In this document: positions 34,720-44,961 of the stretch, in pieces
Layout of the letters: the number at the start of each line of letters is the position of its first letter
Position numbering within the stretch: position 1 is the first letter of the stretch
IMG/VR virus record: IMGVR_UViG_3300017705_000602
DNA: 64,000 nucleotides
Source: a virus
Taxonomy: Duplodnaviria; Heunggongvirae; Uroviricota; Caudoviricetes
Direction: 5' to 3' (one strand)
Notes under the pieces: generated by a model
The model's input: only the letters and a program-made list of their open reading frames with translations
What the model was told of the DNA's origin: nothing
Databases searched by the model: none
Position numbers and translations under genes: made by a program

Positions 34720-37700
34720 TTATCCGAAACCTGGATATGTGCCGTTACCGTTCTCGTATATATAATTTGCTGCCGCTGAATTGGCAACAAACACACTGTT
34801 ATCTTCTCTAGCTCTTCTGAACCATGGATTACAGTTCGGTATTCTTACTTGTTTGTTATCAAATCTGCGTGTTATTATTGCATATTGGTCATCGTTAGTT
34901 AGCACAGCATCACCACCCGGCACACCGTTATTTGACAACAGTGCGTCTGGTATAAAATCTGACCCAGTAAATACAGTTGAACCCGACATGTGTTCTTGTA
35001 TACCGGTACCTTTCTGACCGCGTTGTATACCAGATATGATCAGTGTTTCGCCATTGTCAGTTACATTACTGTACGACAGTAGCTCTGAGCCAATCCACAT
35101 TTTGTTTTCAATTGATACAGACAAGAACGAAGCAGTTTTTGTTATTTCGATTGTGTTTACACTTCCGTTATCAAAGTATAATTCGTAATCTGAGCCTTGC
35201 GAGTCAATTGTGTAGCCAGTAATTGTGCCTGCACCGTTTACATCAAGTGTTACTGCAAACCCGTTGCCTACTGGATGATCGATATTAACCGATGCAGAAG
35301 TGTACCCGAATCCGCCTTGTGCAATTTCAAGTTCGGTTATTGCACCATTGTCGTCAATTTCCGAAACGTAAATTTCAGCGCCGGTGCCATCACCAATTAC
35401 TGTAGCACGTGGCACAAAACGTGACGGTGGCAAATACGACACTAATTCAGCACTTGTGTTTTCTGCATTTGCAGTGAACTCGCCGTATTCTTGTCCGTAT
35501 TTTCTAATGTGCTGTTTGTATGCAACTTCTCTAAACTGTGTTAAGTTAGGCAGTTGATCAAAACCGTTTGCACTATCCCACGTGTTAATATCCCAGTAGT
35601 CGTTACCAGCTTCCACAACCGGTGTAAATGTGTCAAACATAATCGATTCTGCAGGGTCAATGTACACCAGTTCGTCTGTTGACGGCTCTGAACTGTAAAC
35701 AACTGCTGAACCAGGCTGACTGTCAACTATGCCGCCAACTACATCTGATTGATCCCACAGGAAGTTTTCTCTATCCCACAGCGTACCAACTTTATCCCAT
35801 ACACGATCAGGATCGGCAGTGCCGTTTTGCTCAGGGTCGATAATAAGGGTGTTTTCACCTACACGGTCAAACGCAATTGATATTTTCATTGTACGCAAGT
35901 ATACATCGACACCGCCAGTGCAAACGCCATTTTCGCAAGCGTAGTCGCCTATAAAGTTATCAAACGCAGTACCGTCAGCTAGTTCATCTGGCGATTCGTA
36001 TGTGATAATAACAATACTGTCGCGTATTTTACTGTGGAACGGTTTTGCTTCGCGCACATAATCAAGGAAGTCATCGAACAAGTCCGGTTTAAAGAACTTG
36101 TCTTGATCTAGCGAGATACCATCTTGCACAAATGTCAAGTAAGTAGTTTTAAATACCCAGTCTAGATTTTCTTGTTCGCTTACTGCATAATTAACACCAG
36201 TAAAGAACAGAACGTTTTGTGACACTTCTCTGCTACCAACAAATACATTAGCTTTTAATGCAGTTAGTATTTCGCGCAGTTCGCGTTTTGCTGTGCCGCT
36301 AGTATCGTTATCTACAATCGAATCGTTTATTCTTACTGCTCCGTCTTCACGGCGCACCAGCGTTACATTACCTTGGTTGTAAACATAAACTTCGTATTTG
36401 TCGGTTAACAAGTCTGGATTAAACGGATATACACGTATAATAGCACCGTCTTCCAGTGTGTTTATTATGCCCAGTAACTCTTGCAATGATTCAACTTGAC
36501 GATTGGTTCTTGTGTTTAAGCGATTGTATCCGTCGGCATACCAATCTACATATTCCCAGTTCTCCGAGCTAGTAATATCGTTATCCCATCCAAGCAACGG
36601 TGATTCCCAGAAACGGAAGTCCTGGATAATAGTGTTAATCTTGTCGACAATAATTCTTCTTGCTTCGGCACTGTCTTCGAACATCGATTGCTGTGGTCTT
36701 ACACCAAAGCCGTATTTTTGATCTTCACTTAATCTTGTGTCTGGTACCGGTAAAACAATTTCCGTATCGCTTACCGGTATACCATTTTCGTAATCACCTG
36801 CAGGTAAAGGTTTAGTGTACCCAACTAGTGAGTCAACAAACTTATTCCACATGCGATCTGGTATCTTAGAAAATCTATCGTCTGGACGTAACAGCAACCA
36901 TTCATCGTGTGTTGAATTATCAGTTTCTGACTGTCTGTAATTAAGCTGAACTACACAGTCACGGTTGCTTAACACACTGTCGGAATTAGCAACAATAAAC
37001 GACTGATCGGTTGCAGAAAATTGTATAGGCGCAAACCAGCGTATACCTTGTTTACCTGGATTACGAATAGTGTTTGCAATTTCAACAGTTGAAATTGTTC
37101 TATTCGGAACGGTAGCAGGAAATTCAGTTTTGCCTGATACCCAGAAGTAATAAGTAACGTCAAACTCGTTATCAATTGCGCTGTACTTTCTAACTTCAAC
37201 AAAGTCAGTTGTGTTCTTAGGGCGACCGCCATCTATATAAGCAGACGGTGGTGTGTCGCTTTCTACCCACTCGTAAACTTTAATCTCTGAGCCTGGGAAT
37301 ACTCTGCCCCAGTTGTCTCTGCGGTAAGTTATAGCATCGTTAACTGCAAGCGACTGGTCTCCGGTTGTTAATTCTTGGTACTCAGGTGGCTGTTCGTAGT
37401 CAACAAACCTAAGAGTTGACGTATCGATCCAAACTTGTCCAACTTGATCGGCACCGAACGTATTACCAGTGTTTCCACTTGCAGTGTACAATGCTGGATC
37501 CGATGGAGTCTTGTATGACACATTCTTTTCAACTGACCCGAACAGTATACCTTTAACAGGATCGTACACAGGTAGCTGAGCGATAGTTTCGCCCGATCTT
37601 CTTTCGCGCAAGTAAACACTGTCGTAAAGAGAAGTATCAATTACTAATTGTTGCTTTCTGTGTATTCCTGCAGGCACGCTGTGATTGCCGTATTCTGCAA

Positions 37701-40700
37701 CTATCCACGATCCATCGCCGTTGTCGCTTATCCAAACCAAGTCGGCGTTATCAATTTCGTTGCCATTGTAATCGTCGACATGCTGATTTGTATCAAAACG
37801 CAAGTTTACAAATGTCCCGAATTTAACATCGTATTGAACACCATTAGGATGTTCAAATCTTTCGAATCCGATTAAGTTATCGCTTGCGTCGAACAATTGG
37901 TATTGCGACCCGTTGCGTTTTGCAGTTGCAACAAATTTGTCGGCTAGTATGTCTTCAAATGGTACACCAGCCGGATTAACTAGTTCAACGGTTACTGTAA
38001 ACGATTCAGCAGTGTATTGGTTTGAGTTATCGTCGAACCCAAGTGTGCATTCTGGATATCTTTTACGGTTGTCTCTAAACGACACAGTGCTAAAGTTGTC
38101 GAAGAAATCGACAACAGTATTGTCAAGAACTGCTTCGCTTTCGCTACCTTCGATAAGGGCAATGTTGTCTTTTTCAACATTTTTATAAACTGCCCAGGTA
38201 TTTGCTGATGTGTCAGCTACCCAAATAGTATTGCCCGCAGAAGGACGAATATCAAGTTGCTTGTCCCACAATGTCGAAACGTCTTTGTAAACTGAATAAT
38301 CAACGTCGTCGTAATGAACAAAACCGGCAGTCGGTAAAGACCCAAACGGCATGCTAGCTAATGTCGGTACACTGTTTTCAAAGTTTATACCGTCTGGCTT
38401 TTTCAACCAGCGTTGCTTGTCGTCACTGTCAATGTCAATTATTTGATCAAACGGATCATCTGCGTTAACTTTACGCTGAACTACCGCATACGCAATGTCA
38501 GTGTTAACCAATTGAGTATTTTCAAATGTTGAATTTTCACGCTCGATAAAATCGCCTTGAATTGTAATTTCAGGTCGTGTTCTGTATCCTGCACCACGAT
38601 TTGTTATTTCGATTCTTTCGATATTACGGTTGCTGTCGAGTATTGCAATTGCACGAGCCTGTATCAACTCCGGTGTGTTTTCCGGGTTGTTCGCATCGTA
38701 GCCAGGTGGTGGTGCAATAGTAATCGTCGGCACTGAATTGTATATTTCTTCGGCACTATAAATTTCAATACCTGACACAAAACCAGTATCCTGCAGACTA
38801 AAGTTCAGTCTGTAAATTTGCGGATCTGATCTTATTTCATCGCGCTCAGACAACACTTCGATGCTGATGTCATTTGTAGTAGCACCAAAATCACTGCTCT
38901 TGAATGCCCAGTCTTCATAGAATGTAATTTTATCTTTGTCTTCAAGGCTGCTTGAACGCAACAATTTATTAATTGAGTTAGCAGTTCCTTTTTCTTTTAC
39001 AAAGCCTTGGTAAAAGTTAAACTGTGCCTGGTCGGTAACATTTAACTGATCAAGGTAATCACGACTTTCGTATCCGATCAAGTGTCTTGCCGCATCTTCA
39101 AAGTCTTCGTTATCGTCGACTGTGTTTTCGTCGTACAAGGTGCGCAAGTTTTCTGTTAGTGTATCAAGGTTAGGTAATAATTCTTTTCCTTGTACTAAGT
39201 ATCCTGGTGCTTCGAGTTTACCTGTCCAATCAAGTGTACGTGTGCCGGATATGCGTAAACGAGACTGACGAGTATTCAGTACTGGGTCGTATACAATATC
39301 GTTAAAGTCAGTTATTTTGTCAACTACAATGATATGTTCTGTTTCAATTGCATTAACACGCAGGTAGAATATGCCTTCGCCTTCTCTCACAGTCGATACA
39401 GAGATATTTCTATTGTCTCTGTCAATAACAGTGTTTAGCGGATCAATTGCAAAGCCATCTTTGTCAAGAATGCTGTATACGCCATTAGTTAAACGCTCAA
39501 CGTTGTCAGGGTATCCATCTTCAATTTCTAATGCTACGTTGCCTGCACTTGGGCTTAAAGCTAATGCATTGTTTTCTTCCCAGTTGTTGGCAGCCCAGAA
39601 CAAGAACTTCTCGCCCGCGGTTTTCCAGTTGTCGACTTTGCCATATATATCAATGTCGTTGTATTGCCATCCTTGACTTTCTAGATATGCACCGTACCCA
39701 ATTAAGAAATCGAACACTTCCTGCGCAGTACCAAACTTAGTTCCGTAAACCACACGCTCGAAGTCTTCTTTTCTGTCAGGACGATAAACAACCGATATGC
39801 CACCTTGCGATGGTAACTCCGGTAAACGTATCCAGTCACTTGAAACAAAACTGTTGGCTACAATTGAAACTCTAGCTCTGTAGAATGTTCCACTGTAGCG
39901 TACTATTTGACCTTCGTTGTATCGTTCACCGAACTCAAATTCCTGAAACGGTGCTGGTGTTCCGCCTTCTGTGATACGCACTTGTCTTGAATTTGAAGCA
40001 GTAGGCAAGAACTTAAATTCCTGCGCAATTAAGTCGTAACCGTAAACACTAAATGTTGAGTCACTGTTGACATTGATCAGTACACCTGAGTACGAATAAC
40101 TTTTTACTGGTGCGCCTGTGTACAAAGCAACATCGAAGTTGTTTGATGGTACCAGTAACGACCCTTGATCTGCACTTGAAACTGATTCAAGGAACAATCT
40201 TAGTCTGTCTCTGTTTGTAAATCCGCCAACTTTGTGGGCTAATTCAACTCCGAGTCCTCTAACTTTGTTACCGATATTTCTAGTGATATCAAGGTTGTTA
40301 AATACCAAGAAGTCTGAAATATATTGCTGATATCCAGATCTAACAACAGTTTCACCTTCGACTGTTTCGCCGTGTACCAGCTGATTGCTGTTGATTGGTC
40401 TAAATCCAGTTCTTGTGTCTACAAACTGATCGTCGATAAAATCAATGCTTTCTGGATCCCAGAATTTTTCACCAAAAGCCGCTGGCTTCATTAGGTAAAA
40501 ATATTCAAGTTGCGAGAAGAAATACTCTGGTGTTCTATACCATGCATTTTCTACAGGGCCTTGATCACCGTATACCCACGGACCGTCTGGGTGAGAAACA
40601 TCTGACTCAGTGTATCCGAATATATCAACAATTGCTTTTTTATCCGAGTTATCATAAACAGGTACAATGTTGTCTGTTCCTGCTACACCAACATACGGGT

Positions 40701-43700
40701 CACGAAATGTTTCTGTACCGTCTGGCAAAGTCTGAAAAACAACAGCACGATCGAAATCGCAATCGCCTAACAGTCCTCTGCGTCTTTGTGTTGCAGGCAA
40801 CACACCGGCTCGTGGGCCTCTGCGTATAATACCTTGCTCGATATCAGCCCATAATGCAGTGTTGGTTGCTGTAAAGTTATTACCGTAACCAAAGAAGTTA
40901 TCATTTACGCCTGCATCGTTTGTTGTTCTCCACCAGTTGGGTTCTTCAGTGAACCCTAGGCATTCCCATGGCTTAACATGCGGCTCGATTGTACCATAGT
41001 AGTACATGTATATGCCTTTCCAAGAGCCAGGCATTGATGTGTTTTCAACTTTTTCAATTTGATTTGTTGATGAATTCCAGCGTACCTGATTAAGCGATGA
41101 ATAATTCCAGGTTCTCCAATCAAACTCGTCGTAAAATTCGTTTACACGAAAATCAAGTCTGTTGTCAGCTGTCCATTTAGAAAACAGAGACTCTGTAATT
41201 AGCTGATAAAATTCTTGTCTTGTGTACAAAGAATTACCAAGCGCATTCGGTCTAATATCTTGTATTTTTAACAACAAGTCGTATTCGGTTTTAAACTTAC
41301 TCGGAATGTTGTTGTATATTTGTTTTTCGAGCTCAAGTAATAACAAGTCTCTTACATCGTAGTACTTGACTAATTCAGTTAACGGAATATTGTCAACTCC
41401 GCCTGATATGTCAAGACCTGCAGGGTAAGGCGCACCGTTTTGATCTGGTACTAAATCGCTATTTCCGTCGCGTTCGAAGTTTCCGTATGCAACTGTGCGT
41501 GATCCGTCATGGCCAACAATAACTGCTTGATGTAGCGTGTAGCTTGTGTCGATTTCGAGTCTCGGTACAGTTACACGACCCATTCCTAGTTTAGCAGGTG
41601 TTGCTGGTATATATGCAGGATCACTGTCAGCAAATGTTCTTGCGTAATACAGTTTATCTGCTTTCGGAAAATCCGAATTGTACGCAAAATCTAGGTTAAC
41701 CAGACCGTCTTCATATCTTATTACATAGTCCTGTGACTCAAGCAGTAAACGTTGCGAAGTCTCAGGGTTAAACTGGAAATCAGAGTCTACTTCGTACACA
41801 TACAATATGTTGTTTTGGTCGGTTACATCAACGATTGTTGAAGTAAGCTGTGCCGTTTTTGACAACAAGTCAACTGACACTAATCCGTCTGTTGTTGCAG
41901 AAGTATTTTCGGTAAACCTGATTATTACCGAGCGTTCTGTTCTTTCAAGTGAATAATCTACGCCTATGTCGAGCAAACGTGACTGGTCGTTATCAAACAA
42001 GTTAATTTGGTTATAATCATATATAACACCAGGCAGTTCTGCATCTAGTACTGTACGAGATTGACCAGGACCAACATTGGTAAGTAACACACTTTGTCCT
42101 GCACTTGAACCATTTAATAATTCATCAATGTTAAAGTTCTCTTCGGCAGTTGGATCCCCATATGCAATCATGAAAGAGTTTTCAAAAGACCCGCTGGTTC
42201 TTCTTGACAGACCAGATGCTTCGATTACTTCGCTAACCCAGTTGTAAAGTGTAAAGTTGTCTTCCTGGTTAAAGTTGTAACGATAGCGAGATGCTTCGTT
42301 AACAAATGTATTCCTAAAGTTTGAATATTCATTTTTAACAAATCTAATTGCGTCGACTACATTAAGATCTTTTGGATCTGAAAACAACATGGATTTCAGC
42401 ATTGACGAATCGGTTTGCACAATCAAATTACCGCGCGAAGGATCACGAGCAGTATCTCTGTAAATATTCTCACGAGATCTAGGATTAGTATCTTGGTTAC
42501 CGTCTTGGTTAAAAATTATAGAAGTAAAGTGAGGCACAAATTCACCATAAGAAAATTCAGTTACTTCGGAATTTTCTGGGTTCGATTCAAGCTCTTTTGG
42601 TATTTCGAAGTACCCTGGTTCATCAGGATCAAGCGTATCGCGAGTGTAAGTTTTTATTTCAACATCGTCGTTTAAATCAAGCCCGACATTGATTCTGATC
42701 CACGGTGAGTTGTTTCGGATAAAGTAATCAAAGTTTTCTTCGTTAACGCCGTTGATTAACAATTCGATTGTACTTCTGCCAGCAACCGAAAACACGCTCA
42801 ATTGATATTCGTCGACTGTGTCGTCGAACACTGCATATTTGTCTACTACACGTTGCCTTGTTTGATTGTCAATTGGGTACCAGCTGTTATTGAATGTCCA
42901 GTTACTACTGTCTAAACGGTTATCAGTTTCGCTAACTGTTCTGTAGTAATAAAAGCCCGGTATCTCAACCACGCTATTACCAGACTCAACATAAGTGTAT
43001 CTGTCATTAATTAGATCGTTCTCGAATACTATATCGGAACTTTGAGAGAAACTCTTATAAACAAGCGGCAACCCAAGTATAGGATCAAGTGCTACATCTT
43101 CATCATCGGAAGTTTTATATGAAAATACTTCCGAGCCTGTAAAGTTACTGTTAGGATATTTATTAATGTCTGACAATGCAATTTTAACATTATCGTAAAG
43201 CGAGAATTTTGGTGCTTGGTTTTGCCTAACTTTCTGGTTAGTTGCGATTTGCCAAGTTGCGCCGTTGTAATAGTATGTTTCGCCTAAGTTGCCGCCTTCG
43301 GCAGGAAGTACACCTGATATAACAAATACAATATCATCTACTTCGGCTACATCTGCATACGAAATAACCGGAAAAGAATCCCAACCTTGATTGGTTAGTA
43401 TGAAAGCAACGTCCGACTCGTTGTCGTCGTATAGTATTTCGGTTACTTGATTATCAACAAAGTCAAACAAAAACTGACTCTGATCAAACGCTTCTATTCT
43501 TGCAGTTGTCCCAGGTGCTACTCGTACACGAACTTCTGTGCCAATCGGTAAGTTAGTGTAATCGGGTAGTGTAACAGTAGCATTGTCGTATACGTAGTTT
43601 CCACCTTCGGACAGTATACGCCTAACACCGGATTCGTCGTTGAGTTCAATGGCTGCCCATGCAAGGTTATCCCATAATGAGTTATCTGCATCAACTGTGG

Positions 43701-44961
43701 CAGCATCAAATGGCAGTCGCTGATAAAACAATTCAACCGGCACTGGCAATACTACATCGTAATTTGCTGGTATTAAGTAGACCACATCGCGTAATATAAA
43801 CACTTGCCATACAATAGTGTTTACTACTGATCCTACACCTTGGAAAGCACTGTCGTCAGTCGGGAACAAAATACGTGTCCCATTCTTAACATTGTTTGAG
43901 TCAAGTATTGTTTTAACTTCTCCCACTGTACGCTGATTGATATCACCAAATGTTAAATCCGGAGCATAAAAATCAATTTCGTTGTAAAAGAATATACCCG
44001 AGTCTTCAAGTTCTATGTTTGCAAAAAATTCAATAACCGGGCGTCTAGCACGCTCAGCAGATGCAGGAAATGGCTTGCCTGTAAATCTTATAGTTTGTTC
44101 AATTGCCGAAACATGGTACCATTTGTTAGTACGAGACCATAAGTTACTGTTCAGTGCGCCTTTGCCGATGGTTACATAATCCGCAAGGGTTGATTCGCGC
44201 TCAACTGAATCCCAAGGTATACCGTCCCACAAAGAGTTATTAAGCGAAATAGTACCAACAGAAGCATCAGCATCCCACGGTAACGAATTGTAAGTCACCG
44301 CTGGCAGTATTTCTAACTCGTCCGGTACTAACTCAATGCTGTCACCAACGCCTTGTACGGTATAACTGTCTGTGTACGATTCTGAGTCAGGAAACGTCAC
44401 GCGCATGCCTGACGTAAATTCTAAGTCTTCAAGCGGTGTGTCAATAAATTCATTGTAACCGCTAGCATCAAATGTTGTCTTACCTAGTATCTGACCTTCA
44501 ACAAAAAAGTCTTGAATATCTACAATTTCAACTGGGTCAAATCGACTCGGCATCCAGTAATAATTCTGGAAGTTAACAAACTTGTCCATGTCGATCGGCG
44601 GAGCATATGAATACTGCAAAGACTGAAACAAGCGATCTTGATTGCCTGTTTGTCCGCCCAGTGCCTGTATGCGATTGATAAGGTCGTAGTAAAAATAATA
44701 ATTACTTTTATCACCTGTTTCAGTGTCAGTTACAACCGCAGTTGGTTCTAGCTGATACCAGGTACGCTCTTTGTTCTTTTGCGGAATGTAATAATCGTCA
44801 GCAGGGTTAAAAATTCCACTTGTTCTTCTTCCGATAAACCCGTCGATACGCTCACTGTTCTTTTTCGAAAACAGTTGTTCTACAGTTGAGTCGAAGAATT
44901 TTCGCTGAGTAACACTCTGGAAAACCTCCGGTAACTTGTTAAATGTCTTTCTATTATCCAT
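34720..44961 (-). CDS. Giant (3413 aa) baseplate wedge/structural protein (gp7-like position)
   Basis: Uninterrupted ORF directly after the gp6-like gene; acidic, aromatic-rich; Y..E.KPFHSKIR. Confidence 0.85.
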   Translation of the reverse strand: MDNRKTFNKLPEVFQSVTQRKFFDSTVEQLFSKKNSERIDGFIGRRTSGIFNPADDYYIPQKNKERTWYQLEPTAVVTDTETGDKSNYYFYYDLINRIQALGGQTGNQDRLFQSLQYSYAPPIDMDKFVNFQNYYWMPSRFDPVEIVDIQDFFVEGQILGKTTFDASGYNEFIDTPLEDLEFTSGMRVTFPDSESYTDSYTVQGVGDSIELVPDELEILPAVTYNSLPWDADASVGTISLNNSLWDGIPWDSVERESTLADYVTIGKGALNSNLWSRTNKWYHVSAIEQTIRFTGKPFPASAERARRPVIEFFANIELEDSGIFFYNEIDFYAPDLTFGDINQRTVGEVKTILDSNNVKNGTRILFPTDDSAFQGVGSVVNTIVWQVFILRDVVYLIPANYDVVLPVPVELFYQRLPFDAATVDADNSLWDNLAWAAIELNDESGVRRILSEGGNYVYDNATVTLPDYTNLPIGTEVRVRVAPGTTARIEAFDQSQFLFDFVDNQVTEILYDDNESDVAFILTNQGWDSFPVISYADVAEVDDIVFVISGVLPAEGGNLGETYYYNGATWQIATNQKVRQNQAPKFSLYDNVKIALSDINKYPNSNFTGSEVFSYKTSDDEDVALDPILGLPLVYKSFSQSSDIVFENDLINDRYTYVESGNSVVEIPGFYYYRTVSETDNRLDSSNWTFNNSWYPIDNQTRQRVVDKYAVFDDTVDEYQLSVFSVAGRSTIELLINGVNEENFDYFIRNNSPWIRINVGLDLNDDVEIKTYTRDTLDPDEPGYFEIPKELESNPENSEVTEFSYGEFVPHFTSIIFNQDGNQDTNPRSRENIYRDTARDPSRGNLIVQTDSSMLKSMLFSDPKDLNVVDAIRFVKNEYSNFRNTFVNEASRYRYNFNQEDNFTLYNWVSEVIEASGLSRRTSGSFENSFMIAYGDPTAEENFNIDELLNGSSAGQSVLLTNVGPGQSRTVLDAELPGVIYDYNQINLFDNDQSRLLDIGVDYSLERTERSVIIRFTENTSATTDGLVSVDLLSKTAQLTSTIVDVTDQNNILYVYEVDSDFQFNPETSQRLLLESQDYVIRYEDGLVNLDFAYNSDFPKADKLYYARTFADSDPAYIPATPAKLGMGRVTVPRLEIDTSYTLHQAVIVGHDGSRTVAYGNFERDGNSDLVPDQNGAPYPAGLDISGGVDNIPLTELVKYYDVRDLLLLELEKQIYNNIPSKFKTEYDLLLKIQDIRPNALGNSLYTRQEFYQLITESLFSKWTADNRLDFRVNEFYDEFDWRTWNYSSLNQVRWNSSTNQIEKVENTSMPGSWKGIYMYYYGTIEPHVKPWECLGFTEEPNWWRTTNDAGVNDNFFGYGNNFTATNTALWADIEQGIIRRGPRAGVLPATQRRRGLLGDCDFDRAVVFQTLPDGTETFRDPYVGVAGTDNIVPVYDNSDKKAIVDIFGYTESDVSHPDGPWVYGDQGPVENAWYRTPEYFFSQLEYFYLMKPAAFGEKFWDPESIDFIDDQFVDTRTGFRPINSNQLVHGETVEGETVVRSGYQQYISDFLVFNNLDITRNIGNKVRGLGVELAHKVGGFTNRDRLRLFLESVSSADQGSLLVPSNNFDVALYTGAPVKSYSYSGVLINVNSDSTFSVYGYDLIAQEFKFLPTASNSRQVRITEGGTPAPFQEFEFGERYNEGQIVRYSGTFYRARVSIVANSFVSSDWIRLPELPSQGGISVVYRPDRKEDFERVVYGTKFGTAQEVFDFLIGYGAYLESQGWQYNDIDIYGKVDNWKTAGEKFLFWAANNWEENNALALSPSAGNVALEIEDGYPDNVERLTNGVYSILDKDGFAIDPLNTVIDRDNRNISVSTVREGEGIFYLRVNAIETEHIIVVDKITDFNDIVYDPVLNTRQSRLRISGTRTLDWTGKLEAPGYLVQGKELLPNLDTLTENLRTLYDENTVDDNEDFEDAARHLIGYESRDYLDQLNVTDQAQFNFYQGFVKEKGTANSINKLLRSSSLEDKDKITFYEDWAFKSSDFGATTNDISIEVLSERDEIRSDPQIYRLNFSLQDTGFVSGIEIYSAEEIYNSVPTITIAPPPGYDANNPENTPELIQARAIAILDSNRNIERIEITNRGAGYRTRPEITIQGDFIERENSTFENTQLVNTDIAYAVVQRKVNADDPFDQIIDIDSDDKQRWLKKPDGINFENSVPTLASMPFGSLPTAGFVHYDDVDYSVYKDVSTLWDKQLDIRPSAGNTIWVADTSANTWAVYKNVEKDNIALIEGSESEAVLDNTVVDFFDNFSTVSFRDNRKRYPECTLGFDDNSNQYTAESFTVTVELVNPAGVPFEDILADKFVATAKRNGSQYQLFDASDNLIGFERFEHPNGVQYDVKFGTFVNLRFDTNQHVDDYNGNEIDNADLVWISDNGDGSWIVAEYGNHSVPAGIHRKQQLVIDTSLYDSVYLRERRSGETIAQLPVYDPVKGILFGSVEKNVSYKTPSDPALYTASGNTGNTFGADQVGQVWIDTSTLRFVDYEQPPEYQELTTGDQSLAVNDAITYRRDNWGRVFPGSEIKVYEWVESDTPPSAYIDGGRPKNTTDFVEVRKYSAIDNEFDVTYYFWVSGKTEFPATVPNRTISTVEIANTIRNPGKQGIRWFAPIQFSATDQSFIVANSDSVLSNRDCVVQLNYRQSETDNSTHDEWLLLRPDDRFSKIPDRMWNKFVDSLVGYTKPLPAGDYENGIPVSDTEIVLPVPDTRLSEDQKYGFGVRPQQSMFEDSAEARRIIVDKINTIIQDFRFWESPLLGWDNDITSSENWEYVDWYADGYNRLNTRTNRQVESLQELLGIINTLEDGAIIRVYPFNPDLLTDKYEVYVYNQGNVTLVRREDGAVRINDSIVDNDTSGTAKRELREILTALKANVFVGSREVSQNVLFFTGVNYAVSEQENLDWVFKTTYLTFVQDGISLDQDKFFKPDLFDDFLDYVREAKPFHSKIRDSIVIITYESPDELADGTAFDNFIGDYACENGVCTGGVDVYLRTMKISIAFDRVGENTLIIDPEQNGTADPDRVWDKVGTLWDRENFLWDQSDVVGGIVDSQPGSAVVYSSEPSTDELVYIDPAESIMFDTFTPVVEAGNDYWDINTWDSANGFDQLPNLTQFREVAYKQHIRKYGQEYGEFTANAENTSAELVSYLPPSRFVPRATVIGDGTGAEIYVSEIDDNGAITELEIAQGGFGYTSASVNIDHPVGNGFAVTLDVNGAGTITGYTIDSQGSDYELYFDNGSVNTIEITKTASFLSVSIENKMWIGSELLSYSNVTDNGETLIISGIQRGQKGTGIQEHMSGSTVFTGSDFIPDALLSNNGVPGGDAVLTNDDQYAIITRRFDNKQVRIPNCNPWFRRAREDNSVFVANSAAANYIYENGNGTYPGFG

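Noticed and set aside
34720-44961. Intein or stop-codon recoding explaining the giant ORF
   Set aside because: No intein or LAGLIDADG motifs seen; genes tile well in the standard code and TAA, TAG and TGA all act as stops
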